From Rhynchobatus australiae (Eukaryota), in assembly GCA_034780895.1 (NCBI GenBank), contig JAUZTB010000069.1:17265374-17329373 (forward strand): a stretch of DNA of 64,000 nucleotides, read 5' to 3'. The position numbers and the translations under genes are program-made. Below, one piece after another: positions 25,773 to 38,579 of this stretch. The first letter of the stretch is position 1, and every line of letters starts with the position of its first letter. The notes below the pieces were generated by a model. That model saw nothing but the letters and a program-made list of their open reading frames with translations, made no database searches and was not told the origin of the DNA.

Positions 25773-25904
25773 AGCAAACACCAGAAGCATCAAGCATTTG
25801 AAGCAGAGCTTCATGCCAATGCTGACCGAATCCGTGGAGTCATTGACATGGGAAAATCACTGATTGACCGAGGGGCTTGTGCTGGTAGTGAAGATGCTGT
25901 CCAG
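25773..25904 (+). CDS. SPTAN1: SPTAN1 exon (SKHQKHQAFEAELHAN...GSEDAVQ)
   Basis: ccacag/gtaatt. Confidence 0.96.
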
Positions 25905-26797
25905 GTAATTGCAGAATTTAAGTGACTTGGAAATTGAAACTCCAGAACTAACTTAGACTTGCACATTATCACTAGCTGTGTAATAAAAGTAATTACCCTT
26001 CAATTGCTTGAGAATGAAGAGTTTAGTGGGAGCAGGAGAAAAGCAGAATTTCTAATTCTCCTGCAAAAGACAGGCTTGTACTAAACATTCTATCATGTTT
26101 CGTAACACTATCTTAAAGCAACAGCAATCTAAAGTTTGGTGCCTGGTGTTCTTTCAGTATCTGCTGCTGCATCCTGAAGTGGGTGGTATTTGCACTTTGA
26201 GGTATTTTTAATGTGCAACATTTTTTAGTTGCTACAATGGAAACCATTAGCAGAGGGATCAAAGGAGAATCAAAGCAATTTGTTGGACTCATTACATTCT
26301 AAATCTGCTGGTATACCTGAGGTGGCCTATTCCAGCTCCTGAACTTTAGAATGTTCATCATTATCTTGTTGGATTCCATTTTTGCCAGTAGATAACACCA
26401 TATGTATTCGGGCATCTTACCTCAAATTTTATGTACTGAGCTAGTTGTATGTAAACCTTTTAATGATATGGGAATATACTTATGAAGGGTAACATGAATT
26501 CTACAACCTGTGCTGTTGTTTGCTAGGGATGGAGTTGGGGGTGGGTGGGGTGGAATCTCACATGAAAACACTCTAGTATGGAAATACTTTTACCTTGAAC
26601 TAGCAACTGTCCATTACAAAGTATTGTCTTCAGATTGTTGTTTGTTGTCTGTGTATATATGGATAGTTATATAGACTAGATGAGGATACTTTGTGAAGTC
26701 TAACTCATGCTTTGTATTGTCAGCATATTGAGTTTATTCACTGTGGCAGGATTACCTAATGACTGACAAACTGGTTCAATGCCTTCCTGTCTACTAG

Positions 26798-26935
26798 GCC
26801 CGTTTGGAAACTCTGGGTAATCAATGGGGGGATTTGGTGCAGAAATCAGCAGAAAAAAGTCAAAAGCTGAAAGAGGCTAATAAACAGCAGAATTTCAACA
26901 CTGGAATCAAAGACTTTGACTTCTGGCTGTCTGAG
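26798..26935 (+). CDS. SPTAN1: SPTAN1 exon (ARLETLGNQW...DFDFWLSE)
   Basis: tactag/gtaagt. Confidence 0.96.
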
Positions 26936-28471
26936 GTAAGTGAATTTACTCAATAGTGGCCTATATTTTAAAATATTGATGGAGAATTTCATTTCATTGG
27001 CTTTGCTCGTGACTGCAATTGTCCGTTTCTTTAAAAAAAATCCTACTTACAAAATATACCTGAATCGGAAGATTACAGATCTACTTGGGGGTGGAGAATC
27101 AAGGTTCGGATGTTTTGGGGATACAGTTGGCCGTGGAGGGTCTTAATGCACAGTCGGCCTGGCATTTAGTGGGAAGACATTTGCAGCAAAGTGGGATTGG
27201 CACAAGAGATCAATTTTAAAAAAAAAGTTATCCCATACAGGACAAAGGAATCTATGTACCACACTTCACAGTTACAGTTTGGGTCAGATTGATACCCTTT
27301 TAAGTTGTATAAAAGCAAGTTGTCAAGTCTGCCAAAGCCTACTTCTGCATGATTGGCCCATCGTATTCATAGACTACATTTGGACAAAAACATCTTGCAT
27401 AAGTGAAGTTAAAATAAGTCGATGCATGTCCTTAGCTTCTCTTATGCACTGAAAACCAAGAACACTTTTTGCAACCTCTATATTGATCAGTTTGGGGAGA
27501 AAGAAAATCCCAGGTCTCAACATCATTTCCATGTTAGACAGTTTGTGTCAAGGATCAGTGGAAAGTACTTAAGAGGAAATACTGCATCCCTGACTAGAAA
27601 TCCAGGGTTAAAATAATAATGCTCACTGCCCTCATGTTTTTGTTGACTGAGAATCTGCATAAGAGCACAGGTACATTGAATGCCACTCCTTTTTGTCCTG
27701 TATGTCGTCATGAAAAAGATTTCAATGGCTTCATTACCAAAACACAGGGTTCTATCCAGTCAAAGCAGTTTTAAAAAAAATGTGTGTATGCAGCTTGACA
27801 AAAGTTTAATGCTGTGCTCTGAGTTGAGAGCCAGAGTTCCAGGCTTGTATTGTACTTCTGCCACTGAGAACCTTGGTCCTATTCTCCTTGTGGTTGATCG
27901 TGTAAACACTTGTTTTAGACCAGCATACAGGAATATTTACATGGGTCTTAAGTACTCGCAGCAGGCCCAACTGTGATTAATGTAAGCCCAGGCAGATAAA
28001 CAGAGCAGTACAACTTGGGAACATGCATTTGTTGATGACATGATGGGATGATCTTTTGTCATGTCAAGATTGTTTTGCACATACAGCTACCTATGTACTT
28101 CCATGCATTGTGACATTAAAAGGTAATGACATGACATAATGCACTTTGATCATTTTTTCATGTATTCTTCCTATTAGATGCTGATTTATAGGAAAATTGG
28201 TAATAAAATTTGTAACTAATATCCAAAATTTACTGTGTGTTCTAGATCCAGTCTATAATGTGAAAGGTTCTTAAGGGATGAAACCCCTACATTTATGAAT
28301 GTCCTTCATTATTGAATTTGTGAATGATTGTTTAGCTTTGTGATGCTTTTAATATGCACCTGTTCTATTAGAATTTATATTGCTAATATCCTTAAAACTG
28401 TCGCTTGAGATGTTTATGCCATTTTATTAAAATCTTGGCACAGAGTCAAATTTTGTGTTTTTAATTTACAG

Positions 28472-28576
28472 GTGGAAGCTCTACTGGCCTCTGAGGACTA
28501 TGGGAAGGACCTGGCATCTGTAAATAATCTGCTGAAGAAACACCAGCTTCTCGAAGCTGACATTAGTGCACATGAG
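28472..28576 (+). CDS. SPTAN1: SPTAN1 exon (VEALLASEDYGKDL...ADISAHE)
   Basis: ttacag/gtaacg. Confidence 0.96.
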
Positions 28577-29172
28577 GTAACGGTGAATAATGTGCTCCAA
28601 GGAAGTCGGGCTCTAATTGTAAATAAGAGTAACTGGTGTGTTGCTTGGGAGTGTTAACATTGAGCAGAATCACAGGTGTTAAAACTGTTGATGGATCATT
28701 TGTGGTTATGATTCCCTGGGAATATGGTAGTTAAGCTTTCTGCTCTGAACTATGTGTTAATGGAAAAGATTTTTTGCAGCAAGCATGTTTTGTGTTGTAG
28801 TCATAAATTTCAAAGGAAAATTTATAAATAATGTTGTCTTTGGCTTAGAGTGCATGGACTCAGCATTGTCAGTTCATTAGAAGAGTTGTCCAAACAGTAC
28901 TATACCACTCCTTTATTCAACACCCTTAGCATTTTTCCTTTGGTCCTTCTCATTTTTATTTACCTGAAGTATTTTAAAATTCATTATGCTTATTGTTTCG
29001 AAAGAATATTTAATTTGGCCAAACTAGCATGTGCTCACACCGAACAGTTTATTGAAAGCCTGGGTGTATTTAAAAGGTTGTAATGGCCTGCTAGCTACAT
29101 TGCAGAGATGATGCAGTGTGAAAATATCACAAGTTCACTTTTCTAAATGTTTTCATTACTTGATTGTTTTAG

Positions 29173-29381
29173 GACCGTCTGAAAGACTTGAACCTTCAAG
29201 CTGATAGCCTTATGTCCAGTGATGCCTTTGACACCACTCAAGTGAAGGACAAACGCACTGCAGTGAACAGTCGGTTTCAAAAAATTAAAAATATGGCTAC
29301 GGCTCGCCGTGCTAAGCTGAATGAATCACATAGACTTCACCAGTTCTTCCGTGATTTAGATGATGAGGAATCTTGGATAAA
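29173..29381 (+). CDS. SPTAN1: SPTAN1 exon (DRLKDLNLQADSLM...DEESWIK)
   Basis: ttttag/gtgagt. Confidence 0.96.
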
Positions 29382-29573
29382 GTGAGTTGAAGAGGGCATT
29401 TGAATGCTTTAGAAATGATGGCATTCTATAAAATGGTATTAATCAAATGAATTGTGTTCAGCCACAATTAATTGATCATGCACTTAAACCTGAAATCCTG
29501 CAACTGGTTAGCTGGGATTCCATTGATGTGTAAAATTGATGTGGGATGATGCATTTTCTTTCTATTTGAAAAG

Positions 29574-29694
29574 AGAGAAGAAACTGCTTGTGAGTTCTGA
29601 AGACTATGGTCGGGATCTGACTGGAGTACAGAACTTGAGGAAGAAGCATAAACGCCTGGAAGCAGAGCTGGCTGCACATGACCCAGCAATCCAG
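29574..29694 (+). CDS. SPTAN1: SPTAN1 exon ([15 protein letters not shown]...AHDPAIQ)
   Basis: aaag/gtctga. Confidence 0.95.
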
Positions 29695-30840
29695 GTCTGA
29701 ATACCAGTTGACTGAGCACATATTGCCAAAGACATCATCTTAAAGGATCTGGTTTGTCAATAAATGTTATAGTATTTGCTGGTATACCATTGTACCAAAT
29801 TAAAGATGGACAAGTCCTGGATATACACCTACTATATTCCTTTATCCAGTTCCCTACATTGGTTTTGTAAACTGTGGGTTATCCTGAGTCAAAATCATAG
29901 AATGGAATTGTAGGAAAGAGCTCTTTCAAAGAGCAGTTCATTAGTTCCACTCTCCTATTATCTATTTTGAATATTTTTCCAATTAACACTTTAAAGGTTG
30001 CTATTGGATATGTGTCCCGATTCTGTCAGCTAATGACTTCCATCTTCTAGACACTTGTGTAAAATGACTTGTATTGTGCCCACTTTGTACCCTGGTTATT
30101 GACCCTTTTCTCTTTTATTTGCTTTGGTAGCCAGTCCTGGCACCCTAACAGGGACTTACTTNNNNNNNNNNNNNNNNNNNNNNNNNNNNNNNNNNNNNNN
30201 NNNNNNNNNNNNNNNNNNNNNNNNNNNNNNNNNNNNNNNNNNNNNNNNNNNNNNNNNNNNNGGAATTACTTTGGCGGCAGGCTAGCTTGATATGTGGGAA
30301 TCTGGGCCATTGCTTTCATATATGATTTTTAAGAAAAATTAAGGTTGATTTACCACAGAGTTAAATGTTCCATTCCTGACAGTTGAGTGATGGTAAAATT
30401 GGAGCACAAGGCACTGATTGGCTGCTTGATTTCACAGAATAGAATATTCAAAAGCATGTGGATCCTAACATGCATCAACACAAGCATTTACTAAGTTTTA
30501 AAAAAATCACAAGTTATAATACTTCAATGATGTAGTGTTGCAAAATCTTGCAAACTAGCTTTAATGCTTTCTAACCTAAGTCAGTCCTCAAGCCCAATGC
30601 TGTAGGAAGTAAATTGATGCTATACAAATTCTCTTCCCAGCTAAATGTACCAAAATGTTGTTGTTGATAGTCTATCCATTTCTTGAAAATGGTATGAGGA
30701 AAAGTTCTCTAAATTTTGTCTTGGAATTTTGCTTGTTCCTCTAAATTGAGCAATTAAACCCGGGAATAGGTGGAAAGTCTATCCATTGTTAAAACTAATT
30801 TCTAGATGGGATGCTCATGGTGGTTGTTCTTTTGCCATAG

Positions 30841-30962
30841 TCTGTGCTGGAGACAGGAAAGAAGCTGTCGGACGATAATACCATTGGAAAGGATGAAATT
30901 CAGCAGAGACTTTCGCAGTTTGTGGCACACTGGAAGGAACTGAAGGAATTTGCTGCTGCACG
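30841..30962 (+). CDS. SPTAN1: SPTAN1 exon (SVLETGKKLSDDNTIG...KEFAAAR)
   Basis: ccatag/gtatgt. Confidence 0.95.
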
Positions 30963-32909
30963 GTATGTCTGCTTTATCCATCAGAGCTTTTGAGGGCTGA
31001 GTTTTTGTTGAATTGTAATATTGCTATTGGTTTATTGCAGTCAGAGGTGGTGCGTGGAGGGAGCAAAGAATCTAAAATGTAGCAAACACAGTTGATACCT
31101 CTGGAGAGAATGAACAGATTTTTGTTTTAGACTTGGCTCTTTCTTAGCTGAAAATTAGAGCAGAAAAATGAAAGAAAGCCTTTCAATTGGACACAAATAA
31201 CTTGTAACTGGAAATAATTAAACGCAAAAAAAATCCAGCCTGGNNNNNNNNNNNNNNNNNNNNNNNNNNNNNNNNNNNNNNNNNNNNNNNNNNNNNNNNN
31301 NNNNNNNNNNNNNNNNNNNNNNNNNNNNNNNNNNNNNNNNNNNCTGGAAATCATTAAACGCAAAAAAAATCCAGCCTGGTAAGACAAATTAGAGAAGCAT
31401 TGAAACAAAAGCAAAGCATATAAACAAATCAGATGAATATTCAATAAGAATTCGTAGTGCACTTTTAACCTGGAAAATGTCCCATGGTGATTCCCATTAA
31501 CAACAAACTTCTGTTTTATTCTCCTTCCTGTTCCTTTCTCAATCAATAAAAATTTATTACTTTTCTTTTCATTCTTATAAGGATCCAACTCGAAGTATTA
31601 GTCTGTTTTCTCTGCAGAAGCTGTTCATAGCAATTTCTGTTTCTGCTTCAGGTTTCCAAAATTAAGTTTTTTTTTCTCCTCAAGGTGGTGATCATTTTGA
31701 TAATTTAAAGTTGCAGTGCACTGACTTAAAATGAGCATTTTGGGACATTTGCCCAGAGTCTTTGCCAGCTTGTGAAAAGATGCTTTTGTTTCAGTATCTA
31801 AAAGTAATGGATAATACTTGAATTTAGCAATAATAAAACTGATCAAAAGATTCCTTGCTCTGCCTGTCTCCACCAGGAAAAAAAGTGAGATATTTCTTGG
31901 GCAGTTAGTTAAGCACCTCCAGTACTGGGCATACTGGAAATGATATGTATTATCCATACTTAGACGTGAAAGCTTGAAATGTAGAACCTTAATTTGCACT
32001 TTTTAAACAGGCTGTTGAGTAAGGTGATGGGCACACATTTAAAAAGCTGGTTGAAGCTGACCAACAAATGGTCTTCTGCCAGATTTTCAACTCCGGCAGC
32101 CAGAAATCATCGTTGGGACTAATGTCCATTCTTCAGTCCTCATTCTGAGCCAGGTCACCAAAACCTTGGATTACCTAAATAATCACCACTTGGGGTTTAA
32201 AAAAAATGGAAATCTGAAGTAGAAACAAAAAATGCTAGAAATGGTCAGCTCCTGCGGAGAAAAGAGATTAATGATGACTCCCCATTTAGGNNNNNNNNNN
32301 NNNNNNNNNNNNNNNNNNNNNNNNNNNNNNNNNNNNNNNNNNNNNNNNNNNNNNNNNNNNNNNNNNNNNNNNNNNNNNNNNNNNNNNNNNNNNNNNNNNN
32401 NNNNNNNNNNNNNNNNNNNNNNNNNNNNNNNNNNNNNNNNNNNNNNNNNNNNNNNNNNNNNNNNNNNNNNNNNNNNNNNNNNNNNNNNNNNNNNNNNNNN
32501 NNNNNNNNNNNNNNNNNNNNNNNNNNNNNNNNNNNNNNNNNNNNNNNNNNNNNNNNNNNNNNNNNNNNNNNNNNNNNNNNNNNNNNNNNNNNNNNNNNNN
32601 NNNNNNNNNNNNNNNNNNNNNNNNNNNNNNNNNNNNNNNNNNNNNNNNNNNNNNNNNNNNNNNNNNNNNNNNNNNNNNNNNNNNNNNNNNNNNNNNNNNN
32701 NNNNNNNNNNNNNNNNNNNNNNNNNNNNNNNNNNNNNNNNNNNNNNNNNNNNNNNNNNNNNNNNNNNNNNNNNNNNNNNNNNNNNNNNNNNNNNNNNNNN
32801 NNNNNNNNNNNNNNNNNNNNNNNNNNNNNNNNNNNNNNNNNNNNNNNNNNNNNNNNNNNNNNNNNNNNNNNNNNNNNNNNNNNNNNNNNNNNNNNNNNNN
32901 NNNNNNNNA

Positions 32910-33500
32910 AGGGCATTTACCAAATAGCAACCTAAGCCGTAACAACTGGCTATTGGTGATGTTCACTCCTAGGAACTTGAAGCTCTCAGCACAGTTGATG
33001 TGCACTGCCCCCCTTCCTGAAGTCAATGACCCAGCTTTTTTGTCGTGCTGACATTGAAGGTTGTTGTCATGACATCATGTTACTAAGCTTTCTATCTCCT
33101 TCCTGTACCTCGACTCATTGTTATTTAAGATACAGCCTACGATGGTGATGTCATCTGCAAACTTGTAGATGGACTTCGAGCAGAATCTGGGCATGCAATT
33201 TGAGTGTACAGGGATTAGAGAAGGGGGTTGAGGACACAGCCTTGTGGCACCAGTGTTGAGAATAGTCATGGTGGAGGTGTTGCTGCCTATCCTTACTGAT
33301 TGCAGTGTGTTGGTCAGGAAGTCAAGGATCCAGTTGCAAAGGGAGGTGTTGAGTCCCAGGTCTTTGAATTAGGTGATGAGTTTGCTTGGAATTATAGTAA
33401 TTAAGGTGGCGCTGTAGTCAGTAAACAATAGTTTAGCATAGGTGTCTTTACTGTCCAGATGCTCCAGAGATGAGTGTAGGGCCAGGGAGGTGGTGTGTGC
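32910..33500 (-). mobile_element. Rex1/Babar- or L2-like LINE reverse-transcriptase fragment
   Basis: ORF 33075..33269 [32 protein letters not shown] (FADD motif) and downstream ESFKFLGVNITN. Confidence 0.8.
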
Positions 33501-33836
33501 CACAGAAGCACAGCAAATTCCCAGAAATAATAGTGATAAAGGCCAGGTAATCTGTTTATGGAATAGAAAACAAAATGCTGGAAAGACTAGGACATGTTNN
33601 NNNNNNNNNNNNNNNNNNNNNNNNNNNNNNNNNNNNNNNNNNNNNNNNNNNNNNNNNNNNNNNNNNNNNNNNNNNNNNNNNNNNNNNNNNNNNNNNNNNN
33701 NNNNNNNNNNNNNNNNNNNNNNNNNNNNNNNNNNNNNNNNNNNNNNNNNNNNNNNNNNNNNNNNNNNNNNNNNNNNNNNNNNNNNNNNNNNNNNNNNNNN
33801 NNNNNNNNNNNNNNNNNNNNNNNNNNNNNNNNNNNN

Positions 33837-33876
33837 GGCGAGTGAGGATTATGGAGATACACGTGCTGCAGTACAG
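33837..33876 (+). CDS. SPTAN1: SPTAN1 exon, 3' part only (ASEDYGDTRAAVQ); remainder in gap 33599-33836
   Basis: Donor cag|gtcagt; SEDYG motif at the expected position. Confidence 0.9.
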
Positions 33877-34469
33877 GTCAGTGTCTTGTGATTTGCCAAT
33901 TTGCTCAATTGTTAAAATTTGCACAGCATCTGATGTAAATGTTAAAGTAAGCCTTTTCATATTGTCAGTGCTGCCAATTTCAGTGTTGTTCTGATGAGCC
34001 AGGCATAATGCTGAATCTGAAATGTTTATGTTGCTATTGCCACTGACTGCCTGAGGTTTGCATGTGTGTGGGCTTGCGGCAGCACTAGAGTGGTCCAGTA
34101 TTGCTGCAGACCCAGAAGTTGTGGTCAATGCTGAAATGATGTTTCCTGCTTACTGGATTTAAAAAATTCCTCACAAAGACATATGGTCAGAACTTTTCTG
34201 CACTACCTGCTGCCAGGCACTCAACAGTGTGTCAAGCTGGCTTAGTATCCAGTCTCGTCAAAGAATTCTCAGACGTAGAATAGGAAGCAATTTTTTCAAA
34301 TAACTTTTTAAACATTATGGATTCTCAACCAGTTGAGTTTTCTATTTTTGTTTGCCTCTTCTGATACCCTCCTAAACAGTCCTGACAGTTGGCAGTTTTC
34401 TTCCATTTGTCTCTGTTGATGCTGGCCATCTTCACTTACAGTCTAGATATAAACATCAAGCAGGGTGTG

Positions 34470-35290
34470 ACCCAAGAACCAGTTCACTGTACATTGTGTA
34501 CTTGGGAATGTGGGCATCATCCAGCCAAGATATGTGGCCAATCCACTGAAAAAGTATTTTGACTTTGAGTGTATGCTGACAGCCTTAGCAACTAGGCCTC
34601 TAAGTGGTAATCTTGACCTGCTGGAGGAAGCATCTGAGGCTGTGAGGGTGGAAGCCTTTTCTCGTGCTTCACATATGTTGTCATGCTTCATTGCCGTAGA
34701 TGATTATATTAAGGACACAACCTTGGTAATCCCACAGTCTGGTTTTCTCGGTCAAGTTGTTGATTCGAGCTCTCTTACTCGGCTTGAATGTAAAATTTGC
34801 AGCTTTTACAATGCATGTATTGATTTCAGCATCAAGTGACAGATTGTTGATTGTGGAGCCTATATACAAATCTGTCAGTTATCTCCAGTAACACATTGTT
34901 AAGTAACAGTGATTATGGCCTATGACATTTGTCTTCCTGATGCTAATGATCAATTGGAACTCTTTACAAACCTACGAGAGTTTGTCTATGAGCCACAGGT
35001 GTTGCCCAGTATGGGATGTTTTGTACATCTTAGTTTAGATTAACTACCTCCTTGATGATGGCACATTTTCAGTCTTGGCTGTCGTGTGTGTAAGGCAGAA
35101 GAGGTTTAAATTGGTTCTAGACNNNNNNNNNNNNNNNNNNNNNNNNNNNNNNNNNNNNNNNNNNNNNNNNNNNNNNNNNNNNNNNNNNNNNNNNNNNNNN
35201 NNNNNNNNNNNNNNNNNNNNNNAATTGGTTCTAGACACCCTTTATGGATGAGCTGAAGCTGTGTGGCTGCATTGATAAAAAGGATATGTC
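34470..35290 (-). mobile_element. RTE-clade LINE fragment
   Basis: ORF 34681..34869 YIGSTINNLSLDAEINTCIVKAA...YQGCVLNIIIYGNEA resembles the RTE/BovB-type RT C-terminal region. Confidence 0.7.
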
Positions 35291-35707
35291 ATTGAGAATC
35301 AAACAGGGTTGCATTGTGGCACCTACAGCTTATGGGTTCCAACATTGCCCAGTCATAACTCCATTGGCATCAAACTAAGATTTAGAGCTCTGGAGTTAAA
35401 CCAAGGAAGGAGACATATACTCCGTCTCTTCCCTGCCCAACTCTTGTGTCTCTCCCTTCCCCCACCTCTCCAAAGTACCCACTAATATGGCTTTTCTATT
35501 TCTCCAGGGGATTGGGCTTTCTGTAGTTGGTTGGAAATGGGGATCTGAGGAATAGCTTGGAATTTGGTGAATATTTCTTTGTGAAGTTAATGTCTCTGGA
35601 GTTTTGTATTTTTCTGTTGCAGCATTGCAGATCTACCTACTGCTGAGCACCTCCAGTTCTTCTGTATTTACTGCAGACTTGTAATTTTATTTCTTTCCAT
35701 TCTCCAG

Positions 35708-35806
35708 GGGTTGCTGAAAAAACATGAAGCATTTGAAACTGATTTCACAGTTCACCGTGATCGAGTGCATGATGTTTGTGCAAATGGTGAGGAGTTGGTA
35801 AAGAAG
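35708..35806 (+). CDS. SPTAN1: SPTAN1 exon (GLLKKHEAFETDFTVHRDRVHDVCANGEELVKK)
   Basis: ctccag/gtaaga. Confidence 0.96.
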
Positions 35807-37604
35807 GTAAGAGTTTTTAAATTCACTTGAATTAGTTTACTATTGTTTCTCAGTGTTTGTTTAGATTCTTGTTTTGGTCTTTTAACTACAGACAGGGAAA
35901 ACCCACATCTTCTGTGCTTGGGTCTTCTGAATTTTCTTGATGGCTCAGATCACTTCTTTTCAGAACCCCACCCCCAGCTTTTCATTCACCCTTGCCCTGC
36001 TATTGCAAGATGCTTTAATTAAAATGTTAACATTGCAGCCAGTCAAGAGCTGACTAAACAATAGTTTATTGTTAACTGAATGTTCAGTACTATTCTGACT
36101 CACGATTAGGAGAATATGAAGTGAGCACAGCACTGAGCATCCTGCTGTAAATTGGAAAATAACAGTAGACAAAATCAGACCACTTTTAAACAAAGGCAAA
36201 ATTCTGTGAATATTTTTAAATTCTGCAGATCTTTTCCAATTCATTATTCCAATTTAGAAATCTAAACCACCTCCAGTAACTTGCTGAATCTGAATTCAGG
36301 GTTATGGGGATCTGTCACAGAAGAGGAGTTGAGGCCGTCATGGATCAGCAATGATCACAATGATCATGCTGAATGGCAGAGCAGGCTTGAGGAGTTTGGT
36401 GGTTTTTCCTGCTCCTGTTTTCTTGCGACAGTGGTATAGAATATGAATGTGTCTGATTTGATCTCTGAGTTTGTTGATCTCAAGTGTCAGATGTCAGTAG
36501 CAAATGTCCCTATTACCACAGTGGATGCAATCTCATTACAAGGACCGAAATGATTCATGAAAAAATCTGAGGGAAGCAAGGAATGTGGTTTTACCAGTTT
36601 TATGCACGTGCCATGAACACATTTCAAAAAGAATTGGGTCAGCATTATTGTTCTTGGATGTGAAGGAAAAAAATACTTGTGATTTGTTCTCCTTGCTATC
36701 AGCAATCCTGTGTGCATTGATTAGACAACGTTATGGTTGGTTCTGTTATGCAACACTTCACCATGCTTGAATGACTCCCAACATTTTATTGTTCAACTAA
36801 CGTGGTTCCTTTTGAGTTAGCAGAAAATGGTCCTGTTGAGTTGTTCACCAGCATTGTGTCAGAGGGGAGGAAACTGGCATGAGAGGAAAGATGAAAGCTT
36901 TTAAAAGTAATTGGTCTCAATGTATTGTGTATTCTGAAAGCATTGAAACTCCTCAAGCCTGTCTTGAAAGTTGTTTCTTTGATTGATACCCCATAATTGA
37001 CATCCACTATGAAATCTGACTTTTAGGGCTGAGTAATTAGCTAAAAATCATCTTCTGTTCCCTCATTGGAAGTATTAACCAGTTGTTGCAATCCAGTACC
37101 ACAGTATTGCTGTTTGTTTCTGTAGTCCTCACAAATGACTATTATTAGCCTTGACAATGTAGTATTGGTGTAAGGGTCATTGAGTTTGATTGTCACCTCA
37201 CCAGCATCTGCACATACAAACCCACAGGGGTTGTGGGAACTCTGGGCTGTTTTATCCATAGTAAACCAGGGGCATTAAATCTGACACTTGAAACTGAAGT
37301 TTTTTTAAAAAAATGCTCTAGGCCATTCATTAAAGACATGCAGTATAAAGGACTTCATCCCTCATTCTTCACCATTCTTCTATTAAGTACTCAGTTCCAA
37401 AGATTGAATTGATTGTACATGGTGTTTTAATGTCTCTTGCTTATTTCAATGTACTTAATAGTCCAATATCTGAATTTTATGAAATATTTGCTAATGTGCT
37501 GATCAATTTTTTAGTTGCTTTAATGCTAGAGCTTGTAAAGATGTGCATAACTGCATATGTAACAAATAACAATTTGTACTGAAACTATTTGCTATCATCT
37601 ACAG

Positions 37605-37764
37605 AACAATCATTATGTTGAGAATATTACAGCAAAGATGAAGGGATTGCAAGCAAAGGTGACAGAGTTGGAGAAAGCAGCTGCTCAGAGGAAAGCAAAG
37701 CTGGATGAGAATTCTGCATTCTTGCAGTTTAATTGGAAGGCGGATGTGGTTGAGTCGTGGATCG
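37605..37764 (+). CDS. SPTAN1: SPTAN1 exon (NNHYVENITAKMK...DVVESWIG)
   Basis: ctacag/gtaagt. Confidence 0.96.
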
Positions 37765-38069
37765 GTAAGTTTCTGGGCAATCATGAATTAGCAGGCCATT
37801 AAATGTTCGCTAGTGAAGCTTTCGGACAAGTCCAACACATGAATAAAATGTGGAAACAAAAATATCATTAATTCTGAAGGAATTGTATACACTGTTCCTT
37901 GCTATCTTTAAGAATTTGAATTCAGTTTAGGAACTTCATTTGCATTAGCCTGGGGACATTTTAANNNNNTACAGGTGCTAAATTTGTTTTATTTGTTAGG
38001 AAGTTAAACTCTTAAATGGTAAAAATATTCTTTGATTTTGTTTTTAAATAAAAAAGGATAAGGTTGTAT

Positions 38070-38320
38070 TACACAGGATGTTTCATATCCTTGGGACATC
38101 CTAAAGCATTTCACAGCCATTGAATTACTGTTGACTGGAAAACAGTCATTGTTGTCCAAGCAGACCTGACAATTAATTTATACCGTAGCAAAGTCCCATA
38201 AACTGTAAGAGATAAATGACTGACTGGTATCAGTTGATTTGAGGGAAGAATCAGTTGACTGGTATTTGATTGAGGGGAGAATTTCTTTGACTTTTAAACA
38301 ACATTACAGCATATTTAAAT
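38070..38320. mobile_element. Deu-domain/SacSINE-like SINE remnant
   Basis: ggacatcctaaagcatttcacagccattgaattact...; similar to 60910-61250. Confidence 0.5.
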
Positions 38321-38579
38321 TAAATACTTTAATTTAGGCAGTAGTTTAAAGCTTTACAGAATTAAGGCAGGCAAATGGAGTTGAGATGTAGTTTACCAAA
38401 CTAATAATGTAAGGTTTTTATGAATTTTTTTTGTACTTTATATATTTAAATGGCAAATAATCTCTGAATAATTTCTTTATACAACCCCAGATGTCCAAGG
38501 AGTGAGTGGTGAATTAATAGGCTTGTTATTTTAATTGCTCATCACTGATAATAATGGTTCTTGTTTCTTGAGTGTCTTG

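Noticed and set aside
32183-33026. Long ORFs of 220-250 aa (also at 38682-39495, 41979-42464, 51986-52323, 61280-61769)
   Set aside because: Made almost entirely of N-derived X residues; gap artefacts.
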